Positions 1-9,991 of a stretch of 64,000 nucleotides of DNA are shown here, in pieces; within the stretch, counting starts at the first letter, position 1, and each line of letters starts with the position of its first letter. The notes beneath the pieces were generated by a model. That model was given only the letters and a program-made list of their open reading frames with translations. It searched no databases and was not told where the DNA came from. The position numbers and the translations under genes were made by a program. Source of the stretch: Nitrospirales bacterium (lineage in GTDB: Bacteria > Nitrospirota > Nitrospiria > Nitrospirales > UBA8639); contig OY729426.1 in the NCBI GenBank assembly GCA_963422365.1, positions 2,272,001 to 2,336,000 of the forward strand, given 5' to 3'.

Positions 1-73
1 CGGTTCCGCGATGTTTGGTAATAGGGACTGACGCACGGTACACCTATAGTCTTGATTCTTCATCCCGCGACTT

Positions 74-259
74 TTATGCAGCTTGAGAGGCATGTTTCCT
101 ATTGACTTGGTCCGGCACAGCATCCGATTTTTTTGAAGCTTTTGGATAGACCGTTTCTCCACAGTTCAAACACCGTAAGGTCTCAATACGGAGAAAAGGG
201 CCATCCGGATCATAAAAATGATCTCTTACCATAAGCCCTTCACAACGTGGACATTTCAT
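74..259 (-). CDS. Small zinc-ribbon-like protein with two CxxC motifs
   Basis: CPRC...CLNC; strong RBS (AGGAGG) upstream of the ATG on the minus strand. Confidence 0.7.
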   Translation of the reverse strand: MKCPRCEGLMVRDHFYDPDGPFLRIETLRCLNCGETVYPKASKKSDAVPDQVNRKHASQAA

Positions 260-374
260 ATCGTGTCCTCCTTCTTTCGACTATTCTGGACGACCAAGAA
301 CGGTCATTGTAGATTTTTCCCCAACATACCATGCGTGTTTTTCACGACTCGCTTTATTCATAACCAATTTTTGC

Positions 375-392
375 AGCAAATCAAGAGCCCCG
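375..392 (-). promoter_or_regulatory. Possible sigma54 (-24/-12) promoter for the small CxxC gene
   Basis: Minus strand GG-ctcttgattt-GCt gives GG-N10-GC spacing; the -24 box is an imperfect match to TGGCAC. Confidence 0.25.
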
Positions 393-636
393 TGCTATAA
401 ATAATAGAAAAGTTTTTTGGTTCCCTCATCGGTTTGCTCAGGTTGTCCACCTCCTTCTTGTTGACGTAACTATTTGATGATTACTGAAAATGAGGCACAG
501 AAAAGCCTTCAGGTGGCCATGGGACGTGTCCTTTCGCTCTCCTCCCTTGGATTGATTTCTGGCAGCCCTCTTTCATTTCATCATCTCCTTATCGCACTAG
601 CCTGGGCCGGAGCCGGTTTGCTAGTATGCGTCTTCT

Positions 637-1707
637 ATGGAAATTGGCATTGTCGGGCTTCCCAACGTCGGCAAATCGACGATCTTTAACGCGCTGACGT
701 CAGGCGGCGCGGCCGCGTCGAACTATCCCTTTACCACCATCGAACCAAACCTGGGCGTCGTTGCCGTTCCTGATTCACGACTGGACCGTCTCACTAAACT
801 CTTCAAACCACAAAAAACGATTCCCGCCTTCTGCCGTTTTGTCGACATCGCCGGCCTGGTCAAAGGCGCGGCACAGGGCGAAGGACTCGGCAACAAATTC
901 TTAGCCAACATTCGTGAAGTCGACGCGATTCTGCACATGGTCCGCCTCTTTCAGGATGCCAACGTGGGGCACACGTTAGGTCGCATCGACCCGAAGAGGG
1001 ACATCGACGTGATTGAGACCGAGTTAATGCTGGCCGATCTCGAAAGTCTCACGAAGCAATGTGCCAAAATCTCGGGCAAGGCAAGATCCGGAGACACGGT
1101 GTCAAAAGACGAGCTGGCATTACTCAATATCCTTAAGAAGGGACTCGAAGAGGGCAAATCCGCACGGACACTTGGGCTTGAACCCGAGAGTCTCAAAAAC
1201 TTCTTCCTGCTCACGGCAAAACCCATCCTCTACGTCGGCAACACCGACGAAACCCCTGACCCGGCTGTCGTCGCTGATTTCCAACTTTGTATCCAAAAAG
1301 GCGGTGTACAGTCGGTCGTCATCTGCGGCAAACTGGAAAGCGAAATCATTGAACTATCCAGCCAAGACCGCGACCTGTTCATGGCTGACCTGGGCATGGA
1401 ACACAGTGGGCTGGAACGGGTAATCGTGGCAGCTTATGAAACGCTGGGGCTCTGCTCGTATTTCACCGGAGGACCCAAAGAAGTCCGGGCGTGGACAATC
1501 CCCGTGGGAACGAAAGCGCCCCAAGCCGCTGGCGTGATCCACTCGGACTTTGAGAAGGGTTTCATCAAAGCCGATGTCTGCAGCTTTACGGACCTTGATC
1601 GATACAACTCAGAGCAGACGCTACGAGAGAAAGGCCTCATCCGCTCAGAGGGCAGAGAATACGTGGTGAAAGACGGTGATGTTTGTCACTTTAAGTTCAA
1701 CGTCTAA
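637..1707 (+). CDS. ychF: Redox-regulated ATPase YchF (Obg family)
   Basis: [41 protein letters not shown]-terminal [11 protein letters not shown]. Confidence 0.97.
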   Translation: MEIGIVGLPNVGKSTIFNALTSGGAAASNYPFTTIEPNLGVVAVPDSRLDRLTKLFKPQKTIPAFCRFVDIAGLVKGAAQGEGLGNKFLANIREVDAILHMVRLFQDANVGHTLGRIDPKRDIDVIETELMLADLESLTKQCAKISGKARSGDTVSKDELALLNILKKGLEEGKSARTLGLEPESLKNFFLLTAKPILYVGNTDETPDPAVVADFQLCIQKGGVQSVVICGKLESEIIELSSQDRDLFMADLGMEHSGLERVIVAAYETLGLCSYFTGGPKEVRAWTIPVGTKAPQAAGVIHSDFEKGFIKADVCSFTDLDRYNSEQTLREKGLIRSEGREYVVKDGDVCHFKFNV

Positions 1708-1814
1708 GTCTTCAAAAAAGCTGCATAATTTTTCAGTGACGGCCAAAAAGTTTTCGACTAACCGAAAGAATTCATCGTGACAAAATTGGCAGCACTTCTA
1801 TTGTATGGACTTCC

Positions 1815-2477
1815 ATGAACGCACTGTATTATCCCTTTCATCTGTGCCATGAACGCACCCTGGAGCTTCTCTTAAAAGAATATACGGTTGTGCACTTTCG
1901 CGATTTCATGGCCCTGCAACTGACGCCATTCATGGGAGCGATAGCCTTTCCTGATCGCATGGGCGACTACTATCCTCAACTTCTGGAAGCGGGTCGAATC
2001 ATCCAAGGTCACAATGTCAGTGGTACCTTACATCCGGATGTGATTTCAGCAATAGATCAAGAGTTAGCCGATCCAACATGGCGCTCCATTTTTCATGAAG
2101 CCATATCGGATGACGATCATTTTCAGCGTGCGTTGTTTGGTGAGTCGGAAATTCGAAAGCGAAAAAATATGGACTCCATAGAAATTTCATGGTTATCCAC
2201 GTTCAGGACACCTGATTGGCCAGCAACACCTTTTTCGGTCGAGTTGGTCAAAACCCTGAGCCGCAAGGTCCTTCCTCACAAAGACAACCCGGCTTTTGCG
2301 TACGGATGGGCATTAGTCAAAACCAGCGCAGCGTTGACCTATACACTTCAACTTTGTCACCAACTTCATGTAACGGCCGTGACGGATTCGGCTTCGCATC
2401 ATCGGCTGCTCACACAATCCTGTCAAAGAAAACAGATCGGGATCTCTCACGCCTATATCAAACGGGAAGGGTACTAG
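1815..2477 (+). CDS. Hypothetical protein
   Basis: 220-aa ORF with ATG start and protein-like composition; no recognised motif. Confidence 0.7.
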   Translation: MNALYYPFHLCHERTLELLLKEYTVVHFRDFMALQLTPFMGAIAFPDRMGDYYPQLLEAGRIIQGHNVSGTLHPDVISAIDQELADPTWRSIFHEAISDDDHFQRALFGESEIRKRKNMDSIEISWLSTFRTPDWPATPFSVELVKTLSRKVLPHKDNPAFAYGWALVKTSAALTYTLQLCHQLHVTAVTDSASHHRLLTQSCQRKQIGISHAYIKREGY

Positions 2478-2527
2478 GAACGTTTTCAAGAGAGGACTTC
2501 CTGTTTGAATTGGAAGGTTTTTCCCTA

Positions 2528-3136
2528 CTACAACACCGTCTCTGGGCCCTTCGACCTCCAGGCTTTGGCTAAGGTTTTGGCTTCTTCAATCTGAGCGGGT
2601 GTCATCTCGCGTTCCAACATGGATAAGGCTTGTATTGCCGGATCCATCCCCTGTTCTGCTGCAAGGAAGGCCCATTGATAGGCTCGGATGTAATCCTGCT
2701 TGACTCCTTCACCCTTGTAGAACATCAGCCCTACATGATTTTGCCCTGCTGCGTTACCCTGTTCTGCCGCTCGCAAAAACCACCGAAACGCTTTGCCGTA
2801 ATCTTTCGGAACACCCAATCCATAACGATAGAGTAATCCTAAGTTACTTTGCGCGGTCGGATGGCCTTGCTCAGCCGCTAGCCGATACCAGAGTCGAGCT
2901 GTCTCAAAATCCTGTACAATGCCTTGCCCCCATCGATACATAAACCCCAACATGTTTTGAGCTTCGGCATGACCTTGGGACGCAAGCGGGGCCCATTCCC
3001 GCATCGCGGTTTCGTAATCCTGTGCGAGATACGCATCTTCGCCCAGACGGAAATCCGCCCAAGATGGATAGACGCTGACCAGCAGCCAACCAATGGTAAC
3101 AACTACGGTTTTCCAACATCGCGCGTTCATCATCAT
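2528..3136 (-). CDS. Exported Sel1-like repeat protein
   Basis: Signal peptide ending SWA-D; repeats AQNMLGFMY..GQG, AQSNLGLLY..GLGVPKD, GQNHVGLMF..GEGVKQD; start estimated. Confidence 0.9.
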   Translation of the reverse strand: MMMNARCWKTVVVTIGWLLVSVYPSWADFRLGEDAYLAQDYETAMREWAPLASQGHAEAQNMLGFMYRWGQGIVQDFETARLWYRLAAEQGHPTAQSNLGLLYRYGLGVPKDYGKAFRWFLRAAEQGNAAGQNHVGLMFYKGEGVKQDYIRAYQWAFLAAEQGMDPAIQALSMLEREMTPAQIEEAKTLAKAWRSKGPETVL

Positions 3137-3336
3137 TTTCTTGGTTGTCCCCTCATCGTTGTAATCCCTGCCTGTCCGGTTCGCTATGATCTCGTTCATC
3201 GCATACTGCCACTTTCGTTTTATTAGTATACAGCATTGACTCCGAGAAATTTTCAACGGCCTCCTTCCTTATAATCTCGTGGATCTTCAACGCATGAAAG
3301 GGCTCTGGGCAGGACCGCTTCTTCTCCCCACCTAAT

Positions 3337-4305
3337 ATGGAAGACCCGCATGCCGATCCGACCAGCAGACCGTCCACCCACCTCCTGGGAATCGTTTTGT
3401 GAATCCCGCCTCGTCTACCTTTCAGCCCTTGCTGCCCCCATCGCCGAGCATCAACCGGCAAGATACCGCTCATCCTGCATGTCATGGTTGTATTGAATGG
3501 CATGCTGGCGTCCATGGATTGTATGTCTTGTTGACCATGTCCCGGTTAACAGGAAAACCTCCGTGGAGCCACCTTGCCGAATCACTGTTCATGCCTGAAA
3601 AACTAGATCGAGAATTCTCGTGTATTCAGAATGGTAGATTGAATCAAGAACTTCCCTATGGGTACGCGTGGTTCCTGAAACTTGCGCAGGATCGCAAGCG
3701 GTTTTTCCAAAAAGACGATTTACAAACGATCGCCAAGGAACTGGCCAGACCGCTTCAACAGTGGACCTTTCCTTATCCAGCAGTGACGTATTGACTCATG
3801 CACAACACCGCGCCTATGGGAATGTATCCTGGGCAGTGTTGAATTTATGGGAGTGGGCCCAAGGGAACAATGAAACGGGATTAGCTGAAGCATTGTCTAC
3901 ATTGACACGTGAGCCATTATTTCCCCGCGATCAAGCCATACCACCCTCCTTCGACCACCCGACAGATGAATTCTTCTCAGCCGCCCTGCACCGCATGCGA
4001 GCGATTCTCACCATCCTTCCCTGCAACGAGACCGCTACTTGGTTAAGCACGTATCTTCCAAAAGACTATTCAGTTAGAACCCGTCCACCGTCCAGACTTT
4101 CCCCATTCCGCCGGCCTCAATTTGAGTCGCTGCGGGGGCTTGTGGAATCTTTTTCAATACACAAGGAATCTCTTGTATCGTGACCGCAGGTTCAACACCT
4201 TGTCACACAGATGAACCATCCTGAATATTGGCGTGACCACGACACAAACTATATTGGGTCGCCCAGTTCGGAGTATATGCCTTCGCTGTCAGTCTGAACT
4301 CTTAG
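3337..4305 (+). pseudogene. Frameshifted DUF2891-family gene
   Basis: Family-like motifs spread over different frames: HPACHGCIEWHAGVHG, ELPYGYAWFLKLA, YGNVSWA, HSAGLNLSR, WVAQFGVYA; boundaries approximate. Confidence 0.7.
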
Positions 4306-4356
4306 GATCACGTTGTGTGGCCGTGCGCTAACTTAGCTTTTCGTGATACGTCTCGG

Positions 4357-4386
4357 TTGACAACCGATTTTGCTGGTAGGTAGAAA
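4357..4386 (+). promoter_or_regulatory. Putative sigma70 promoter
   Basis: TTGACA-N18-TAGAAA; the -35 box lies within the palindrome TCGGTTG-A-CAACCGA. Confidence 0.35.
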
Positions 4387-4515
4387 TTCAACTTTGCAAG
4401 AAGAAGACTCGCGTTTTTTTCTGGACACTAACTGAGTATTTTTAATTAGGTAAATTGAAACTTCCTGTATCTGCACGACCCTTTTCTCATTATTCATTGT
4501 TTGGAGTCGCTCTCA

Positions 4516-5090
4516 TGCCAATTAACGCACTACGGAAACCAGGGGCAAAGATGAGTCTGCAGGAAGCTCTCGAACGAGTTGAAAAACTCAAACGTATGGC
4601 TGCAAGCAGCAACCCTCACGAAGCGGCCTCGGCCACTGCGCGACTCAAAGCCTTTGACGTCAATGCTGCGCGCACACCTCAACCAAAAGGCCAACCTGAC
4701 AAGACCGGACCAGTGACAAGCACGGAAAATAGCGAGATTGGGACTTCCAATCAGAAAATTGAAGTTCTCGATGAGTTACCCGTGATTCCTTACAAGGAAT
4801 TGGGGGAATTGGAAGTGGAACAGCTACCGGGGACATTGTCGGTGAATTGGGATGTGCTTCATGCTGAATTACTGGAACGAGCTCAACATATCAATGCCAA
4901 CGCCATTATCAATATTCAAATCAAGGGAACGATTCAGCAAAAAATCTTGACAGGGCTGGCACTTAAATATCTTTCGCCCCAAGAAATCTTAGACATTCAG
5001 GCAGCCAACAAATTAGAAGAAGACGAGAAGGCTTATCGAGAGGCGCAAAAGGAACGACGTGATGAAGATTGGGCCCCTCCCGTTGGGTAA
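4516..5090 (+). CDS. Protein with DUF2786-like N-terminus and YbjQ-like C-terminal region
   Basis: ALERVEKLKRMAASSNPHEAASA resembles DUF2786; LLERAQHINANAIINIQ resembles the YbjQ family; start uncertain (4516 or 4551). Confidence 0.55.
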
Positions 5091-5119
5091 GGGTAAATCC
5101 GAGAGCCGCTTCTCCCCTT

Positions 5120-5152
5120 CTGTCCTTCCCGCAGTTATTAGGGGGAATCCAG
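5120..5152. repeat. Degenerate REP-like palindromic element
   Basis: tgtccttcccgcagttattagggggaatccag forms an imperfect hairpin and is related to the 5456-5482 element. Confidence 0.45.
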
Positions 5153-5365
5153 TATTTTTTGTCTCGGCGTCATCTCATAGAGCCTTCTTCCAAGGCCGCA
5201 TAAGATGTGGCCCTACGTATATGTTGTGCTTGTCCTGATCCTGATCTAAAGTGGATTCGTACCGTCGTGGCAGAATGAGAATTTTAGGAAAAGATTATCG
5301 ATAACGTTCTCGTCCCTTTGGTGAGGAATGAGGGAACCAGCTTGCGACGAGAACAGGAGCAACGC

Positions 5366-7054
5366 TTGGTGGAATTTCAATACCAGGAAATCTTTCAACA
5401 TGGAGCCGATGCAACGGCGTATCGCAAATTGACGGCGGACCATGTTTCCACCACCATTCTCCGATTAAAAACGTCGGAGACAGGCTTTGAAGAACAAGAA
5501 ATCCTAACCGTTCAGCCCGAAGCACTCACACTGCTGGCCCGTGAGGCCATGGACGACATCGCGCATTTGTTGCGGGCGAGCCACCTCAATCAATTGACCA
5601 AGATACTGGACGACCCGGAAGCCTCGGAGAATGATCGTTTCGTGGCATTGGAACTGCTTAAGAATGCCAACATCGCCGCAGGGCGGGTGCTACCGAGTTG
5701 TCAAGATACCGGCACGGCCATTGCCGTTGGGCATAAGGGGCAACAGGTGTTCACCACCGGCAATGATGCCGAAGCGCTCTCGCGCGGGATCTATGAAGCA
5801 TACGAGCAACGCCATCTGCGCTATTCGCAGCTGGCCCCCCTCGATATGTATACCGAGAAAAATACCGGCACGAATCTCCCTGCCCAGATCGATCTCTATG
5901 CCGAATCAGGTGCGGAATACCGTTTTTTGTTTATCGCCAAAGGCGGAGGGTCAGCGAATAAAACCTTTTTATATCAAGAGACCAAAGCCCTGCTGAATCC
6001 AAAATCTTTGCTCGCCTTTGTTGCGAAAAAGATTCGCACCCTCGGAACTTCCGCCTGCCCTCCCTATCATCTAGCCATCGTCATCGGAGGCCTATCTGCA
6101 GAATTCACCTTGAAGACCGTCAAGCTCGCGAGTTGCCATTATCTGGATGATCTTCCTACTTCCGGCAACCATTTAGGTCGTGCGTTTCGGGATCTCGACT
6201 TCGAAAAGGAAATTTTACAACTCTGCGCTGAAACCGGCATTGGTGCCCAATTTGGCGGTAAATATTTCGCACACGACGTACGGGTCATTCGCCTCCCGCG
6301 TCATGGTGCGTCCTGCCCCGTTGGTCTGGGCGTCTCATGCTCAGCCGACCGACAAATCTTAGGCAGAATTACCAAGGACGGTGTCTTCCTCGAACAACTC
6401 GAAACTAACCCCGCTCAATACCTTCCAGACGTGACTGAAAAGGACCTGGACAAGAAGGTGGTCAAAATCGAGCTGAATCGACCGATGTCGGCAATCCTCT
6501 CCGAGTTGCGCGAATATCCAGTGGCCACCCGGTTGTCACTCACCGGGCCTATTGTCGTGGCACGAGACATCGCCCACGCCCGGCTGAAAGAACAGTTGGA
6601 TGCCGGAAAGGGATTTCCCCAGTATTTTAAAGATCATGTCGTCTATTACGCCGGCCCCGCCAAAAAACCCGAAGAGTATGCCTCGGGTTCCTTTGGCCCC
6701 ACGACCGCTGGACGCATGGATTCCTATGTGGCTCAGTTTCAGGCTCTAGGGGGCAGCATGATCATGTTGGCGAAAGGCAACCGCTCCCAACAAGTGCGTG
6801 AGGCCTGCCGAAAGCATGGGGGATTTTATCTGGGCTCCATCGGCGGCCCTGCTGCACGGCTGGCCGAACATAGCATCAAAAAAGTTGAACTCCTCGAATT
6901 CGAAGACCTCGGTATGGAGGCGGTGTGGAAAATCGAAGTCAAAGACTTCCCCGCCTTCATCGTCATCAATCACAAAGGTCATGACTTTTACGCCGACCTT
7001 GACACCCAACGCCCACCCACACTGGTTCAACTCGGTGAGCAGGCAAAGAAATAG
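5366..7054 (+). CDS. fumA: Fumarate hydratase class I (Fe-S)
   Basis: [53 protein letters not shown] upstream of TTG 5366. Confidence 0.95.
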   Translation: MVEFQYQEIFQHGADATAYRKLTADHVSTTILRLKTSETGFEEQEILTVQPEALTLLAREAMDDIAHLLRASHLNQLTKILDDPEASENDRFVALELLKNANIAAGRVLPSCQDTGTAIAVGHKGQQVFTTGNDAEALSRGIYEAYEQRHLRYSQLAPLDMYTEKNTGTNLPAQIDLYAESGAEYRFLFIAKGGGSANKTFLYQETKALLNPKSLLAFVAKKIRTLGTSACPPYHLAIVIGGLSAEFTLKTVKLASCHYLDDLPTSGNHLGRAFRDLDFEKEILQLCAETGIGAQFGGKYFAHDVRVIRLPRHGASCPVGLGVSCSADRQILGRITKDGVFLEQLETNPAQYLPDVTEKDLDKKVVKIELNRPMSAILSELREYPVATRLSLTGPIVVARDIAHARLKEQLDAGKGFPQYFKDHVVYYAGPAKKPEEYASGSFGPTTAGRMDSYVAQFQALGGSMIMLAKGNRSQQVREACRKHGGFYLGSIGGPAARLAEHSIKKVELLEFEDLGMEAVWKIEVKDFPAFIVINHKGHDFYADLDTQRPPTLVQLGEQAKK

Positions 7055-7332
7055 AGAGCCTTGCAAACCATCGCATCTATCCAACTGGCTGATCCAGATC
7101 AGAAGCCTTGTTTGTGAATCTCTTGTCTTCTTGGAAGAAATGTGCTATCGTTGTCTTCATTCAAAGATGGTGGTCTGCGTTGAAGGTCGACAAAATGGCC
7201 ATTTATTAATCAAGTTTGCAATCGGAAATCTGATTGAAAGCTGACCTAAGCCGCCTTCTTCAGTTGCGTCTTCGGCCCATCCTTTCCTGTTTTTCGAGTG
7301 TAAATCCCCAATACTTTCAAAGGAGTTGCTCT

Positions 7333-7656
7333 ATGACGTTTAAAATTTATGTGGGCGGATTGCCATATCCGACAACCGAAACAGAATTAACGGATCTGTT
7401 TATCCAACATGGCAATGTAGATTCGGCAAAAATCATCACCGACAAATACACGGGCCGATCCAGGGGTTTTGGTTTTGTCGAAATGCCCTCGGAAGAAGAA
7501 GGTAAGGCAGCCATTACAGCGTTGAACGGCACACAATTAGATGGCCGTACTTTAACTGTGAATCAAGCCAGGCCTCAAGAAGCAAGGTCTAGTGGTGGTG
7601 GACGCGGTGGTGGCGGTGGTGGTTTTGGCGGCCGTGGCGGACGACACGATCGCTAG
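7333..7656 (+). CDS. RRM RNA-binding protein with Gly-rich tail
   Basis: RNP2 IYVGGL, RNP1 RGFGFVEM, RGG-rich tail; AGGAG RBS. Confidence 0.95.
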   Translation: MTFKIYVGGLPYPTTETELTDLFIQHGNVDSAKIITDKYTGRSRGFGFVEMPSEEEGKAAITALNGTQLDGRTLTVNQARPQEARSSGGGRGGGGGGFGGRGGRHDR

Positions 7657-7674
7657 TAACGCTATGAGATAAGA

Positions 7675-7704
7675 GAGGGGAAAAGGCTTGATCCTTTTCC
7701 CCTC
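7675..7704 (+). terminator. Stem-loop downstream of the RRM gene
   Basis: GAGGGGAAAAGG-cttgat-CCTTTTCCCCTC is a perfect 12-bp stem; no clear U tract follows. Confidence 0.6.
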
Positions 7705-7712
7705 CTCACCTC

Positions 7713-8310
7713 TCATGGTGGTAGGCCTGAAAGGCTGTTTCCAGCATCTGTAACACAATCCCCCAAATATGACGTGCCTCTCGCGTTTCGTTGGCGTAGA
7801 CGTACTTCATCAACGTTAGACTCCACCCTTCTATTCCATGAAGATGAAAACGAGTTGTTTGAAGTTCCAAGCAAATCTGTACGTCTCACCGTTGACTCAA
7901 CGCATGCCTTGCTTTGTGCATCCACTCGTCTATTCTGGTTTGTCAAAAATCAGCCATGCTCCGAAGGGTTGATTAGATGGTTCAGCCAAACACATCACCA
8001 TGAACGACGCCAGGACCCTTGAGGGTTGGATGGGCCAGACTCATCAATGGCGATTTCTTGGCATTGATGACCTTCAAAAGGGATTGGACTTCAGGCCACC
8101 CGACACAAGAAGGAAGCACAGGATCCACTCAGGATGAACTTTGATATCGACAAAGCTGGCTTCGGGGTACCGTCATTATTGGGCAACACGAAAGGCACAT
8201 GAAACATGTCCGTACTTTCCGAGATTGAGATGCCCATGAAGCCTCCACGATGAAGTGGGTTCGGCAGAAAAAGCCCTAACCCACCTTCGTTCAAGCATTG
8301 AGAATAATAG
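7713..8310 (-). pseudogene. Possible decayed gene with a PilZ-like fragment
   Basis: LNEGGLGLFLPNPL resembles the PilZ D/NxSxGG motif; only short broken ORFs remain. Confidence 0.25.
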
Positions 8311-8338
8311 GGATATCATCCCCCCCCCCCTCAAACCC

Positions 8339-8368
8339 TTGACACACAGAGGGATCTTTCCTTACACT
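8339..8368 (+). promoter_or_regulatory. Putative sigma70 promoter of the RGPP-leader operon, preceded by a C11 tract
   Basis: TTGACA (8339-8344)-N18-TACACT (8363-8368); poly-C at 8320-8330. Confidence 0.55.
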
Positions 8369-8379
8369 CACACAAAAGG

Positions 8380-8691
8380 GTGAATGTTGTCATGACTCGT
8401 CTATCGCGCATAGTGCTCATTCTCGGGGTTTTGACCTGTTTCCTAGTAATGAGCGGGGTGGTCTCCAGCCAAGCTGTCGCCCATTCCCTTCACCACGTCC
8501 ATCATAATGCAGCCACCCATTCGAATATTCTCTGCTCTCTTATGTGTGCGGCAGGCCAAGTGGTCAACGTAGCCGAGCCTATTTTTGATGCCCCGCTCAC
8601 CGTTCTACACGCCTTAGAAGTTTCTATCGTTCATCCAGTCACGCTTACCGTTCCAACGCTTCGCTTTTCTCGCGGTCCTCCCAGTTTCTAG
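8380..8691 (+). CDS. DUF2946/CutF/CruR-like leader protein (putative metal-sensing arrest peptide)
   Basis: N-terminal signal/TM segment, HSLHHVHH, CSLMC, C-terminal RGPPSF; start may be ATG 8392. Confidence 0.75.
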   Translation: MNVVMTRLSRIVLILGVLTCFLVMSGVVSSQAVAHSLHHVHHNAATHSNILCSLMCAAGQVVNVAEPIFDAPLTVLHALEVSIVHPVTLTVPTLRFSRGPPSF

Positions 8692-8834
8692 TCTTTCCTG
8701 TAACAATTAGGAGTTGCAGCGTTATTTCCTGTCGAGGACGATCCCTCTACAGGAATGCTGTTTACTGCCATTTCACATAGTGAAGGATTGGTATAATCAA
8801 TTTCATTTATTTTTTTGCGAGAAGAGGTTTGGAA

Positions 8835-9957
8835 ATGAGCAGAGCACGGAACACGGGAAAGTTGGGAATCATATTTTTGTTTTTTTTTAAGCATGACGTG
8901 GGTCGGCACTCAAGGGATTCACGCGGCATTATTGGACGGCCTGTTTGATAACCTCGAGGAATCTTTGGCTAGGCGGCTGGCGAAAAAAGGAGAAAAACTG
9001 ACCACAGGGAACTTCTATACCGATGATAAGCCGAATGCTCATGGACCGATCGGCATAATGGGAGATCACACGCATGAAACAGGGGAAATGATGTTCGCCT
9101 ATCGCTTGATGCACGTGTGGATGCAGGGGAATCGGCATGGGAATTTGGATACTTACAGTGTGGTGCCGGAATCCATGCGCATGACGATGCATCTGTTCGG
9201 GTTCATGTATGGATGGAATGATATTGTCACCCTGAAGGTCATGGTACCGTACCATGTCAATAGCATGAATCATAGAATGAAAAGGGGCGGCAAATTTACG
9301 ACTCGTTCCGAAGGGTTCGGAGATCTTCGGTTCGGATCTCTTTGGCGTCTCTGGTCCATCGAAGCCCCAAGCATCGGGGCACATCGTTTCCATTTTAATC
9401 TTTCGATAAGTGTGCCGACGGGAAGTATTGAGCTGACAGAACGGACTCCGATGGGGCCAAACACCCGATTGCCCTATCCCATGCACCTTGGTTCAGGGAC
9501 TTTCGATTTCTATCCCGGGATTACGTACGGAGGGGAGAAGGGGCGAGCCTCCTGGGGTATCCAAGCCATTGGCACATTACGGACAGGCAGAAATTCGAAT
9601 GATTTTTCTAAGGGTGATGCCTACGTGGTCAACATCCATGGCGCTTATGAAATTATTAAAGATTGGCTGAGCGGGTCGGCACGCCTGAGTTGGAGTCACA
9701 GAGAGGACTATGATGGAGCGGACTCAGGCATTCCCATAAGAAACTCAAATAACATGAAGACTGTTCAAACCGCGTTTCCTGACCTTCTAGGCAATCAACG
9801 TCTGGATATGCTATTCGGTATGAATATCCTGTTCCAGGATTTTATGGGAATAGAAAACCGGCTAGCAGTGGAAGGTGGCGTGCCGATCTATCAGTACGTA
9901 GACGGGCAGCTTGAGACCGATTCAATCGTCACGTTTGGGTGGCAGGGGCTCTATTAA
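8835..9957 (+). CDS. Met/His-rich outer-membrane beta-barrel transporter (Phenol_MetA_deg-like); signal peptide frameshifted at a T9 tract
   Basis: HGPIGIMGDHTH, MRMTMHLFG, SEGFGD, VPTGS, LPYPMHLGSGT, terminal aromatic residue; RBS plus ATG 8835 is one base out of frame with ORF 8893-9957. Confidence 0.7.
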
Positions 9958-9991
9958 TGAAAGCCGCCTGCCTCAGAGAAAGGTGTTTGAA

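Noticed and set aside
474..689. 71-aa hydrophobic ORF overlapping the ychF start
   Set aside because: TTG start, no RBS, and overlaps the ychF promoter and start; probably spurious
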